Shown: positions 24,859 to 36,935 of the stretch, in pieces
How positions within the stretch are numbered: the first letter of the stretch is position 1
Layout: each line of letters begins with the position of its first letter
Assembly: GCF_964213995.1 (NCBI RefSeq)
Contig: NC_135804.1
Location: forward strand, 68,262,001-68,326,000
Origin: Mustelus asterias
Taxonomy: Eukaryota
Direction: 5' to 3'
DNA length: 64,000 nucleotides
The notes under the pieces: generated by a model
What the model saw: only the letters and a program-made list of their open reading frames with translations
The model's database searches: none
Told to the model about the DNA's origin: nothing
Translations under genes and position numbers: made by a program

Positions 24859-27741
24859 CTAGACCACTCTTTTGTATCCCTCCATTCCCACTCCGTTCAT
24901 ATAGCTGTCCAGATAAGTCTTAAACGTTCCCAGTGTGTCCGCCTCCACCACCTTGCCCGGCAACACATTCCAGGCCCCCACGACCCTCTGTGTGAAATAT
25001 GTCCTTCTGATATCTGTGTTAAACCTCCCCCCCTTCACCTTGAACCTATGACCCCTCGTGAACGTCACCACCGACCCGGGGAAAAGCTTCCCACCGTTCA
25101 CCCTATCTATGCCTTTCATAATTTTATACACCTCTATTAAGTCTCCCCTCATCCTCCGTCTTTCCAAGGAGAACAACCCCAGTTTCCCCAATCTCTCCTC
25201 ATAACCAAGCCCCTCCATACCAGGCAACATCCTGGTAAACCTCCTCTGTACTCTCTCCAAAGCCTCCACGTCCTTCTGGTAGTGTGGTGACCAGAACTGG
25301 ACGCAGTATTCCAAATGCGGCCGAACCAACGTTCTATACATCTGCAACATCAGACCCCAACTTTTATACTCTATGCCCCGTCCTATAAAGGCAAGCATGC
25401 CATATGCCTTCTTCACCACCTTCTCCACCTGTGACGTCACCTTCAAAGATCTGTGGACTTGCACACCCAGGTCCCTCTGCGTCTCTACACCCTTTATGGT
25501 TCTTCCATTTATCGTGTAGCTCCTCCCTACATTATTTCCACCAAAATGCATCACTTCGCATTTATCAGGATTGAACTCCATCTGCCATTTCCTTGCCCAA
25601 ATTTCCAGCCTATCTATATCCTTCTGTAGCCTCTGACAATGCTCCTCACTATCTGCAAGTCCTGCCAGTTTTGTGTCGTCCGCAAACTTACTGATCACCC
25701 CAGTTACTCCTTCTTCCAGATCATTTATATAAATCACAAACAGCAGTGGTCCCAATACAGAGCCCTGCGGTACACCACTAGTCACAGGCCTCCAGCCGGA
25801 AAAAGACCCTTCCACTACCACCCTCTGTCTTCTATGACCAAGCCAGTTCTCCACCCATCTAGCCACCTCCCCCTTTATCCCATGGGATCCAACCTTTTTC
25901 ACTAGCCTACCATGAGGGACTTTGTCAAATGCTTTACTAAAGTCCATATAGACAACATCCACGGCCCTTCCTTCGTCAACCATTTTGGTCACTTCTTCAA
26001 AAAACACCACCAGGTTCGTGAGGCATGACCTCCCTCTCACAAAACCATGTTGACTATCGTTAATGAGTTTATTCCTTTCTAAATGCGCATACATCCTATC
26101 TTTAAGAATCTTCTCCAACAACTTCCCCACCACGGACGTCAAGCTCACCGGCCTATAATTACCCGGGTTACCCTTCCTACCCTTCTTAAATAACGGGACC
26201 ACATTGGCTATCCTCCAATCCTCTGGGACCTCACCTGTGTCCAGTGACGAGACAAAGATTTGCGTCAGAGGCCCAACGATTTCACCTCTCGTTTCCCTGA
26301 GCAGCCTTGGATAGATTCCATCAGGCCCTGGGGATTTGTCAGTCTTTATATTCTCTAACAAACCTAACACTTCCTCCTTTGTAATGGAGATTTTCTCCAA
26401 CGGTTCAACACTCCCCTCTGAGACACTCCCAGTCAACACATCCCTCTCCTTAGTGAATACCGACGCAAAGTATTCATTTAGGATCTCCCCTACCTCTTTG
26501 GGCTCCAAGCATAAGTCCCCACTTTTGTCCCTGAGAGGTCCGATTTTTTCCCTAACAACCCTTTTGTTCCTAACGTTTGAAAAAAATGCCTTGGGATTCT
26601 CCTTAATCCTGTCTGCCAAGAACATTTCGTGACCCCTTTTTGCTCTTCTAATTCCCCGTTTGAGTATTTTCCTACTTTCATTATACTCCTCCAGAGCTCC
26701 CTCCGTTTTTAGCTGCTTGGACCTAACATACGCCTCTCTTTTCCTTTTGACCAGTCCCTCAATTTCCCTGGTTATCCACGGTTCTCTAATCCTACCCTTC
26801 CTATCCTTCTTTTTTACAGGCACATGCTTGTCCTGTAGCCCTAACAACCGTTCCTTAAAAGACTGCCACATACCAGATGTGGATTTACCCTCAAACAGCC
26901 TCTCCCAATCAAGAGCTGCCAATTTCTGCCTGATCCCAATAAAGTTAGCCTTCCCCCAATCCAACACCTTACCCTTGGGACACCACTCATCCTTTTCCAT
27001 CACTATCCTAAAGCTAACAGAATTGTGGTCACTATTTGCCACATGTTCCCCAACCAAAACTTTGAAGACCTGTCCGGGCTCATTCCCCAGCACCAGGTCC
27101 AGTATAGCCCCCTCTCTAGTTGGGCTGTCCACATATTGTTCCAACGAACCCTCCTGTACACATTTTACAAATGCCTCACCATCCAGAGTCCCTGCCCTCA
27201 GCGATTTCCAGTCTATACCAGGGAAATTGAAGTCTCCCACTACAACAACCCTATATTTCCTGCACCTATCCAGTATCTCCTGACATATCCATTCTTCCAC
27301 TTCCCTTGGGCTGTTGGGGGGCCTGTAGTACACCCCCAACATAGTGACTGCGCCTTTCCTGTTTCTAAGCTCCACCCAGAGTGACTCGCTACACGACTCC
27401 TCCGAATTGTCCTCCCTCTGCACCGCTGTAATATGCTCTCCAACCAATACCGCTACTCCCCCACCTCTTTTGGCCCCTCCTCTGTCTCGCCTAAAACACT
27501 TGTACCCTGGAATATTCAGCTGCCAGTCCTGTCCCTCTTTCAACCAAGTCTCTGTCACCGCAACCACATCCAAATTCCTCGTGCGCATTAAGGCCCCAAG
27601 TTCGTCTGTTTTACCTGCTACGCTCCTTGCATTGAAGTATAAGCACTCCAGACCCCCAGGCTCAGTGAGGTCGTCCTCCCCCAGAGTGCTCTTCTTCTTT
27701 GCCAGCCTTGTCCCAGCCCCAAGCTCGTCCCCAGCCACCAC
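24859..27741 (-). CDS. CR1 ORF2: APE endonuclease + reverse transcriptase
   Basis: YFNARS, VTETWL, GDFN, SDH (APE); [18 protein letters not shown] (RT); 960 aa without stop; the listed start is GTG, first in-frame ATG is at 27588. Confidence 0.95.
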   Translation of the reverse strand: MVAGDELGAGTRLAKKKSTLGEDDLTEPGGLECLYFNARSVAGKTDELGALMRTRNLDVVAVTETWLKEGQDWQLNIPGYKCFRRDRGGAKRGGGVAVLVGEHITAVQREDNSEESCSESLWVELRNRKGAVTMLGVYYRPPNSPREVEEWICQEILDRCRKYRVVVVGDFNFPGIDWKSLRAGTLDGEAFVKCVQEGSLEQYVDSPTREGAILDLVLGNEPGQVFKVLVGEHVANSDHNSVSFRIVMEKDEWCPKGKVLDWGKANFIGIRQKLAALDWERLFEGKSTSGMWQSFKERLLGLQDKHVPVKKKDRKGRIREPWITREIEGLVKRKREAYVRSKQLKTEGALEEYNESRKILKRGIRRAKRGHEMFLADRIKENPKAFFSNVRNKRVVREKIGPLRDKSGDLCLEPKEVGEILNEYFASVFTKERDVLTGSVSEGSVEPLEKISITKEEVLGLLENIKTDKSPGPDGIYPRLLRETRGEIVGPLTQIFVSSLDTGEVPEDWRIANVVPLFKKGRKGNPGNYRPVSLTSVVGKLLEKILKDRMYAHLERNKLINDSQHGFVRGRSCLTNLVVFFEEVTKMVDEGRAVDVVYMDFSKAFDKVPHGRLVKKVGSHGIKGEVARWVENWLGHRRQRVVVEGSFSGWRPVTSGVPQGSVLGPLLFVIYINDLEEGVTGVISKFADDTKLAGLADSEEHCQRLQKDIDRLEIWARKWQMEFNPDKCEVMHFGGNNVGRSYTINGRTIKGVETQRDLGVQVHRSLKVTSQVEKVVKKAYGMLAFIGRGIEYKSWGLMLQMYRTLVRPHLEYCVQFWSPHYQKDVEALERVQRRFTRMLPGMEGLGYEERLGKLGLFSLERRRMRGDLIEVYKIMKGIDRVNGGKLFPGSVVTFTRGHRFKVKGGRFNTDIRRTYFTQRVVGAWNVLPGKVVEADTLGTFKTYLDSYMNGVGMEGYKRVV

Positions 27742-27782
27742 ACTTATAGACCTAATATTTTGATCCCCACCCCCCTGCCATA

Positions 27783-28595
27783 CTAGTTTAAACCCCCCCG
27801 AACTGCATTAGCAAAGCTCCCAGCCAGGATATTTGTGCCCTTCCAACTTAGTTGTGACCCCTCCCTCTTGTACAGGTGCCATCCTCTCCTGAAAACCTCC
27901 CATTGGTCTATGAAAATAAAGCCCTCCCTCCTGGACCAGTCCTTTAGCCAGGCATTCATTTGAACCAACTCCCTATTCTTATCCTCACTGGCACGAGGCA
28001 TTGGGAGCAGCCCAGAGATGGCCACCCTAGTGACCCTACTTTTTAACCTATTTCCCAACTCCCTGAATTGCTCTCTTAGGACCCCCCTACTCTTCCTATC
28101 TACGTCATTTCCACCAATGTGTATAATGACATCCGTTTCTTTATCTTCCCCTTTTAAAATGCCTCCTATCCGCTCGGAGACATCCGTGACCCCAGCACCA
28201 GGTAGGCAGACTACCATCCTGGAGTCCCGTTCGCCCCCACAGAATCGCCTGTCTGTCCCTCTAACTGACGCATCCCCCACCACTATCGCTCTCCTAACCC
28301 CTCTCTTCCCTTTCCGGGCCACAGAGCCTGACTGTGTGCCAGTGACCTGGTCACTGTGTCTTACCCCTGGAGAGGCACACTCCTCCACACTATCTAAAAC
28401 AATGTACCTGTTTTGGAGTGGGACAACCACAGGTGGCCCTTCTTCTAACTGTCCACTCCCCTCCCCTCTTACACCTGTCACCAAGCCCTTCCTATTTTGA
28501 GACACCTCTGGAGACCTCCCTTGTACTTTACCCTTCAGCCCTTTACTCCTCCTAACTGTGACCCACGTGTCATTCTCCCGATGCCCCGGTGTAAC
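27783..28595 (-). CDS. CR1 ORF1 (SGNH/GDSL esterase-like), N-terminally truncated
   Basis: PLQNRY, IVVGDASVRGTDRRFC, VCLPGA and HIGGND blocks; the first ~10 aa of the ORF-track call come from the flanking SINE. Confidence 0.85.
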   Translation of the reverse strand, partial: VTPGHRENDTWVTVRRSKGLKGKVQGRSPEVSQNRKGLVTGVRGEGSGQLEEGPPVVVPLQNRYIVLDSVEECASPGVRHSDQVTGTQSGSVARKGKRGVRRAIVVGDASVRGTDRRFCGGERDSRMVVCLPGAGVTDVSERIGGILKGEDKETDVIIHIGGNDVDRKSRGVLREQFRELGNRLKSRVTRVAISGLLPMPRASEDKNRELVQMNAWLKDWSRREGFIFIDQWEVFRRGWHLYKREGSQLSWKGTNILAGSFANAVRGGLN

Positions 28596-28820
28596 TTTCC
28601 TCTGGGTGCTCCGGTTTCCTCCCACAGTCCACAGGGGGTATGCGGGTTAGGTACATTGGCCATGCTAAATTGCCCTTTAGTGTCCCGGGATGTGCAAATT
28701 AGACAGATTAGCGGGGTAGAAATGTGGGATTACGAGAATAGGGCTTGGCTGGGTTGTTGTCGGAGCAGGCTCAATGGGCCGAATGGCCTCCTTCTACACT
28801 GTAGCTATTCTATGACTCTA
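28596..28820 (+). mobile_element. SINE 3' half
   Basis: Continuation of 24199-24323; ends gggccgaatggcctccttctacactgtag...ctatgactcta. Confidence 0.85.
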
Positions 28821-29139
28821 TCAAGAGGAATGATTAAAAGTAGTCATCTACGTTTTGAAGAGTATTGACTGAAGGGAATCCGATTGAGGTGTTGAGGTTA
28901 ATAAAGGAATCGATTATGTTCCAGTTCCGATTTTTGTTCTAATTAAATCGGTTCGGTGAAACGCATGGCCATCATTTAAAATCTACGTTGAAAGAAGTCC
29001 TGCGAAGGCTTGATTGAATACATGTGAAGCGGCTTATTCGGCAAGCCGTAAAATCCACAACAGTGGCCATAGTTCCAGATAAGAGATGAATGAGCATTTA
29101 GGGGTACGATGAGGGTAGGATTTGTTCACTCACATAGGA

Positions 29140-29770
29140 GCAACTATTTGAATTTTTTATGCAAAACGTAGTCGATACTCATTTTTTGAGCATCTTCAAG
29201 ATTGAGATCGACACGATTTTGTAATCTATGGGAATCAAATTGTATCAAAGTGGAGACTTGATTAATGATCGGCATGATCAAACCGAATGATCGAGCCTGG
29301 CTGACGTCCCATACTCTTGCAGACATTCCTTACAAGATCATAAGAATCACAATATCCTATGAAAGAGGGGCAAAATTCTGCCATTCGATCCATCGAGTCT
29401 GTTCTACTCTTCAATGAAATAATTGAGGATCCGATTGTCACAATAATCCACATTTGGACCGGTTCACAATAACCGTCCATTCACTTGGAAATCAGAAAAA
29501 AACTATCTGAAGCCCTGAATTAATTTAATGAGAGAATTCTAAGCACAAGCGGTCTTAAAGGAGAAATCCCTCCTCATTACCGCCTTAAATGAAGTATTCA
29601 TTATTTGTAAACGTTGTGCCATAGTTGTGGCATCCCCCATGAGGAATATTATTTCGGAAGAATCTATCCCTTCACCTTTCATTAGAAACATGTATGTTTC
29701 AAGAAGATAATCTCTCATTCTTGTAAACCCTAATGATTATAGTCTCGACTTATAAATACTGCATCCTTGA
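29140..29770 (-). mobile_element. Old CR1 3' fragment
   Basis: cataagaatcac...gccattcgatccatcgagtctg tail remnant; degraded. Confidence 0.55.
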
Positions 29771-30959
29771 AGGTGGTATTGTGTGATAGATGTTGATGCA
29801 CTGAGTTCCTTCAAAGGTGATTGAAACCTGTTTTTGATTGAAGAGTCCATTTACACTTAGAAAATATAGCGATTTCGGGTATTTATGCAAGAGCGATTTC
29901 CAAGGTTTCTTTTGATCATCAAGTTGGCCAATGGATCACCTCGCCCACATTTGAACTGGCATTCTATCTGTTTGCTCACTAGCACCAGAAGAGCACGTAC
30001 TTTCCTTTCGGCGTTAAGTGTATATATTGTAACAAACAATGTTTTACAACTGCCTAGGACAGGATGAATGGCCCACACGTTTTTAATTGTCTGATTTTAT
30101 TGGCAGGTTCGTATAAAAATGTTTAAATTCAGCAATCTGAACTTCATCCAAAAACCTTTTTGATTAAACAGTGTTTTCCCAGCACTGAGCAACTTGTTTC
30201 AAAGGCAGGACTTTAACTGACCGATCATTGATATTAATTCTCTTGAATATATGGCCACAGGTTTTGAAACAATACGGTGCGAGAGTACTTATGACGTTTG
30301 GACGATAGACAAATCAAATCATGTTTAAACTTGTATCCTAAAGATAGATTAGAGAATTTAAATTGCATTGGATGCACTGAAAATGATTATGTACTCTGCA
30401 CCAAAAGTGATATTTGCATTTTTGTCAACCTTGCTCATTTCGAAATAACTTCCATCGATTGTGAAATACTTTAGGGATAAGAATTTTAGGGTTAACTAAT
30501 AAAAATGGTTTTGAACAGAAAACTTAGATAAATAATATTGAAACTCATATGATTCCGTTTTGGAGCATGGCAAAGGAATGTTACAAAAAAATCTGTCAAG
30601 CATTATAGGAGTACAAAATAATAGCAAATGCATCCACTCCAATACTTTTCCTCACATGGGTCCAACAGAAATATGCATCTACACGTCATTTAAACTACAC
30701 TATTGCTGGTGATTTGAGTTGTACTATTGAGTCTACTTATAACATCATTTCAGTCTCCAGATAATTCAATTCTAGATCATAATAAATCGCAGAATTCCTA
30801 AAACGTAGAGCAGTGAAGGTGGGCATTATGTTCAACTATTCGACACTGAAATATATTTTCCGTTGGTAACTCGTCCCATCCTTGCTCATCCAACTCTTTC
30901 AGTGTAACCACATATACCCTTCTACTCTGCAATTAGGCAAATTCAAAGTTGTTTTGTGA

Positions 30960-32065
30960 ACGGAACCATATCTGATGACTTTTTGAGTTTTTGGAGGAAG
31001 TAGAAGCGACATGGACAAAGAGGAACTTGTAGATGTGTTCTACTGAAATTTCCAGAAGACATTCGACTCGGTGCCACATCAAAGGTTACTACAAAAAACA
31101 AAGAGATCATAGTGTAAGGGGTATTATGTTAACATCTATCAATGATTGACCAATAATCGGAAGCAGAGAGTAGGCATAAATGGCTCATTGTCCGCCCTGC
31201 AAAATGTGGCAAGTAGAGTGTAAAGGGATCAATGTTGGTGTCTCACCAATTCGCAGCTTATTGCAGTGACTTGACTGAAGTGATGGTTCCTAGATTTGTT
31301 GAAAATGAAAAGAGTGGTAGGAACGTAAGTTCTGAACAGACGTTAGGAATCTGCTAAGGGATATAAGTAGGTTAAGTAAGTGGGTAAAAAAAAACTGGCA
31401 AATGGTGTATAATGTGAGAAAATGTGAAATTGTCCACTTTGGCAGAAACTATGAAAAAAAACAGAGATTAAGGAGGTAAGTAAATTTTTCACCTTTATTG
31501 CAACTGGAACACAATATAAATGTAGCGATGAATTCCTGCAGCTCTCTACAGTGTTGTTGAGCCTACACCTGGGCTTTTGTGTAGAGTTTTCGTCTCCATA
31601 ATTTAGAAACCATTAAATAGCTTATAAGTAGCTCAGGCAAGATTCACTCAACTGACATCTGAGGTGGGAGAAGTGGGTATCTTATGAGAAATAGTTGACC
31701 AAGCTGATCCTTCATTCATTGGAGTTTACACGATTGAGAGATGATCTCATTTAAGCATACAAGATCCTGCGTGCAGATTCCAGGGTGAAGATTCAAAAGC
31801 TGCTTTCCCTTGTGAGAGAAAATGCAACTCGTGGACAGAAATTTGCAAAACTAATTCTTCCATTTCAGATGGAGATGACAAGTTTCATTTTTCTCTCTTG
31901 AAGTGTTGTGAGTCTTTTCCAGAGAGAGGTAGATAAAAGGTCTTTGAACATTTTAAGGCAGAAGTAGATATGGAACTGAGGCCCCAGTCACATCATCCTA
32001 TTCAGTGGCCGAACAGCGAGTGGGAACGAATTTGTGAACCTGCTCCCAATTCGTATATTCGTATC
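30960..32065 (+). mobile_element. Old degraded CR1 RT/C-terminal fragment
   Basis: gtagatgtgttctactgaaatttccagaagacattcgac..gtgccacat and aatgtgaaattgtccactttggcag remnants. Confidence 0.7.
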
Positions 32066-32454
32066 AACGAGTGGGAAGAGCTTAGCCTTCTTCCGTTGGC
32101 GAAGGAACAGAAAATACATTTCTGAAACTTTGGCTAAAGAGCAGAAGACCGTCATTCCGTGTTAGAGAGATCAATGTTCGACTCGGGTCAGCTACCTCAT
32201 CACACTGCTGGACCGGCAAACCATTCCCAATTGTTAAGAGTCGCAGGGACTTCCTGTCCATTTGGCTTATGCGACATATCTATCTGCTGCTCTTAAACCA
32301 ACCCGCGTTGTGGGTAATTATATCAACCTGAGGAGGAACGTTCTTCTGAGGAAAGATGGTCGCAAACATGTTGAAATAATACCAGCAGTTACAGATTAAG
32401 GCAGAATAATAAGGCGGTTGCTGTGGAGGCCAAACAACGTCTCGTGGGTGCCTA

Positions 32455-32765
32455 GTTTACAGAATCCCTACAGCGCAGAAGGGGGCCAGTCAGTCAATCG
32501 AGTCTGCGCTTCGAAAGAGATTTTTTACGCAGAACCCCGTCCTATTCCCGTAACACCCGCGCATTTGCCATGTCTGATCCACCTAACCTTCACGTCTTTG
32601 GACAATAAGGGGCAATTTGCCATGGCAATCCACCTAACCTGTGGGAGGAAACCAGAGAAGCCGGAAGAAACCTGCGCAGACACCACGAAAACGTGCAAAC
32701 TCCACACCGGCAATTACCGAAGGGAAGAATCGATCCTATCCGCAGTGCTAACCATTATGCCACAG
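32455..32765 (-). mobile_element. tRNA-derived SINE
   Basis: agaatccctacagcgcagaag tail; gtgggaggaaaccagag core. Confidence 0.75.
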
Positions 32766-35008
32766 TGAAGCTGCGTTCGCAATTTCTGACGTTTATAACG
32801 TCGTAGAACCACAGAGAGCAATGGAACATCTAATCAGAAAGAAGGTTGTACTTCATAACCACAAGGACAATGTGGTTGTCTCTCCCACCGATACTGTCAT
32901 GAGGAAACGCATTTCTGACATGGAGAATGATGACTATGCGGCCCATTGGGCTTTGCCTTCGGGCAAATTTTCCAACAATTTGTTCTAGACTCATTCTGAT
33001 CGAAATGTCCCTGCAACGGACCTTAGGCCAGTTGTTCTACCATTTTATAGTTCCACACGTCCTTTAATATCGAAGGAACGTGGCATTTTCCAAGTCATGC
33101 CAACTGAACCACAAAAACTTTAAACGATCATGTTGAGGGCATAGCAATGTTCTTAACTGCTCAATTTAAATAACTGGAACAAAAATTAGCTCATCCTGGC
33201 AATTAATAATTCAATCGTGTCATGATGCTCTTCAGTATTGTAAATTTGATTTTAAAAAATGATCGTAATACGATGCCTTTCCTTGGCATGGTATAATTTT
33301 CTTAAACTGTGAATGCGGACGCAAGATACATGTTTAGTTTCTGTGCGATTTCCTTACTTTCATTTGCAATTTCACAGTCATCAGTTAGCATGCAAAAAAA
33401 ACCAAATTAGTCATTCGCATCCACTACCCTCTAATATATTTGCACAAGTTCGTTTATGTTGACTTTATAAACTCTTGCATTTTTTAACATGCCTACCTTA
33501 TCACCGTTTGAGATTCTTAATTAACCCTATTCCAACATTTTGAAATTAGTTTTTTTCCCTTTAATGCCGGCAGCAATTTTTAAGTTGAGAATAGCTATCT
33601 TCATGTATCGATTTGTTTTGCACGAGCTATCAAATGTCCTATTCCTGCTCCAAATTGTATTCATGCTTTTATGGTCAATGGATTCAACCAGATGAATTCG
33701 GAAACAGTCTTTCGATAGGCTTAAGATATTCGCAACATTTTTAATTGATCATAGGATTTTCGACATACACTTGACAAAGTCGATATCTTGTACCATTGTT
33801 TCTTTCCAAAAATGCAAGCACCTCTTTACCGATTCATAATTTCTTAACCTCAGCTGATGACCTTGGGAAACCAGCGGTATATTGACAGGATATTTGCCTA
33901 CGCAACATTCTTTTTCAAAATTCAGTCAAATCAAGCCACAGAGTAAATCATGTGGCATAAATAAGGTTGAGACAAATGTCGCTCACCATTTGTGAAAATC
34001 GGACCGCCGTTTCCGCCGAAGCACAGTTAAAGTCACGAATTTGCCGTCCAACAGACCATACTTTCAAAATTTACGCAAATATGTATCATTGTTGGTCTTT
34101 CGACTCATATACCATTAGCAACATTACGTTGCTGAGTTTACTTGATATATTGAAATTGAATTCAGCACGAAAGAAATAGGATTTATCTATTTTAGTGCTC
34201 GTGCTATTTAAGTGGCGTCGTAAATCTCAAACTACCAACCGAATGCTGCAAATGATTTTTGTATGTGTCAAAGATTGATTTTCAGATTCGAATTACTGTC
34301 ATCCACACTATTCACAATATCCGGTGTCCAATGTAACGCTTCATTCAAGCTTGTTTTGTAGCACATCATAAAATCCCCGTTACCGTCCGCAACACCTATA
34401 ACAGTACTGATCACAGACATTGACGAAGTGGAAATTGTGCAGCTTTCTGCCCTCTGCAACACATGTTCTAATTGAAATGCAGCGGAAAAGTTGCTGCACC
34501 AGTTTTCCATTGCGTTAATGCAGGCAAAGCGGGACTGTTGCAAAGGATTTCCAATGTGTGCAGTAGCCTATCAGGACAAAGTTGTTTTATTGTCTGACTC
34601 TTTAACCTGTTTGACATTAGGTTGAAATCTCCTGTCAACGTTAAAAACATTATGGGCCACCTTCGTCACCTAAGCGCTTTCCCATGGATTTTCAACAGAA
34701 ATTTGCAAAAAAAACCTATTGCAATTTACAGCGCAAATGAAGTGCAGGGGTCTATATTCTATACCTTGAGACCTATGTAAGCAATTAACAGTCGTATGTC
34801 CTTAAACAAAAAATGTTCGAATATTTTATATCTCCAACAATAACTAAAACTTCAAAGAATTAGCCTCCCCAAACTACAAATTCAGTGCCAGAGAGTTTGT
34901 TTATCAGTAAGATTTAACAAAACGCGTTTACGGTGTATTTTTATCGGTATTGACAAGATCCATTTTTTCCTGGTGAGATTATTTAGTATAAATGAGATAG
35001 TAGAACAC

Positions 35009-35919
35009 AAAGAACAAAGAACAAAGAACAATACAGCACAGGAACAGGCCCTTCGGCCCTCCAAGCCCGCGCCGCTCCCCGGTCCAGGATTGAATCCTGA
35101 ATCCAGGATCCCCGCCCAATTTTCCAGCCTATCTACATCCTAATATCCTATCCACCGAGCTGTCCCTCACAGCTACGATGCTTTGTTCATCACAACCTAT
35201 TAACTCACCCCCATCCCCCCCATTCCAGACCATGTGATCTCCAGGGAGAGGCGAAAACCCAGAGTGAAAACCCCAGGGCCAATATGGGGAAAAAAAATCT
35301 GGGAAATACCTCTCCGACCCCCTGAGGCGATCGAAACGAGTCCAGGAGATCACACTGGCCCTGATCGGAAAATGCTTCCCAACCCTATTCATTTCCACTT
35401 CCATGAACACCATATGAATTCCCTGCCCCCGAGACAGGTTCCCAACTATCCGCAGTCTCGCTCTGTACTGGCACCAGCAAGATGATCATAGAATGAAGCC
35501 TTGAAACGAGAAACAAAGAACAATTAGCCCGCGCCGCTCCCTGGTCCAAACTAGACCACTCTTTTGTATCCCTCCATTCCCACCCCGTTCATATAGCTGT
35601 CTAGATAAGTCTTAAACGTTCCCAGTGTGTCCGCCTCCACCACCTTGCCCGGCAACACATTCCAGGTCCCCACGATCCTCTGTGTAAAATATGTCCTTCT
35701 GATATCTGTGTTAAACCTCCCCCCCTTCACCTTGAACCTATGACCCCTCGTGAACGTCACCACCGACCCGGGGAAAAGCTTCCCACCGTTCACCCTATCT
35801 ATGCCTTTCATAATTTTATACACCTCTATTAAGTCTCCCCTCATCCTCCGTCTTTCCAAGGAGAACAACCCCAGTTTCCCCAATCTCTCCTCATAACCAA
35901 GCCCCTCCATACCAGGCAA
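35009..35919 (-). mobile_element. Young CR1 3' fragment, same long-3'UTR subfamily as 24324-28595
   Basis: Near-identical ORF2 C-terminus and 3' UTR module. Confidence 0.95.
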
Positions 35920-36830
35920 AAAAACACCCATCACACAATGTTATATACTCGAATAGAATGAGTCAGCCGCCAAGATTCTATCGTCAAGTAACGTTTGGAG
36001 GAGCAATGCAACCCGGAGAGCAACTACTTGTGAACGAGACGTAATGGATGGTGTACCAGAGGGATCTATGCTGGAAGCTCAACTGTTTACAATTCATATA
36101 AATGATTATAAGGAGTGACTGAAAGGATTTTTCAAATTTGCTGGTGATCAACCATGATTTTATGAAATGGCCGAAAGGCTCTAAGGGACTGAATGATCTG
36201 CTCCTACTCCTTGTTCACATGTTATTCATTTGCGAAATTAGCCCTGAGGTGTGTTCGGCGAAAGTTTATGGCTATTTTGAGGTATATGATTGTGGGATAA
36301 AAGCCTTACTGATATGTACATTGCAGAACTTCAGCCCATTAGCACACTAAGTAATATAGCATCATAATTCTCTGGCATATTATCTGTTTGTTGACCCTGT
36401 CTTTACAAGAAGTAGCGATGCAACAATGAGGTACAACTGACCCAATGTTGCCCACAGAGATTTGCAGAGCGACTCAGTGTATATTTCCACCAATTAAGTT
36501 CATTTTGCAGCGTTGCCCACTTACCCGGGAATCTGTGGAGTTTGCGAAAGGGCAAGTAACAATGAAGTTCAGCAATGTTTGCAACATTGCTTTCATCAGT
36601 TAAAAATGCGCCGGCTATTTTTTAAATTTAGTGTGTTGTCAATTTCTGCAGCAAATCAAGTTATTTGTTTTTGTCTTCCGATCGGTACATATGTATTACG
36701 AACTATTCGATGTTGCAAGTACCTTGAAGCAAAATATCTCATTTCCGAAAACAGAATGACCGGATGATAAACGTCACTGTGACGGCTTCCATATTAAAGG
36801 AAATTAAACGTGCATTTGTTTGACGAAGCT

Positions 36831-36840
36831 GGGAAATTCC
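36831..36840 (+). promoter_or_regulatory. NF-kB consensus site upstream of gene B
   Basis: GGGAAATTCC, ending 40 nt before the leader ATG; CRE-like cgtca/tgacg and ETS-like cttcc/ggaa motifs at 36770-36803. Confidence 0.5.
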
Positions 36841-36880
36841 GTCGCATTCAGCAAGTGAATGGTAGAACAGCTTGATCACA

Positions 36881-36935
36881 ATGTTGAATAATAAGTTGGT
36901 CCTGTGTTTCACTATCGTGGGGATAATTCATGGAG
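36881..36935 (+). CDS. Gene B leader exon (MLNNKLVLCFTIVGIIHG-A)
   Basis: acaATG, hydrophobic core, GGAG|GTACCT donor phase 1. Confidence 0.75.

Larger units (their letters stand above)
24324..28595 (-). mobile_element. Young CR1 LINE, 5'-truncated within ORF1, intact ORF2, long 3' UTR, (TTCTTTG)n tail
   Basis: Uninterrupted ORF1 3' part and ORF2; inserted in a SINE with TTTC duplicated. Confidence 0.97.

Noticed and set aside
25639-28500. Plus-strand ORFs of 88-207 aa
   Set aside because: Antisense shadows of CR1 ORF1/ORF2
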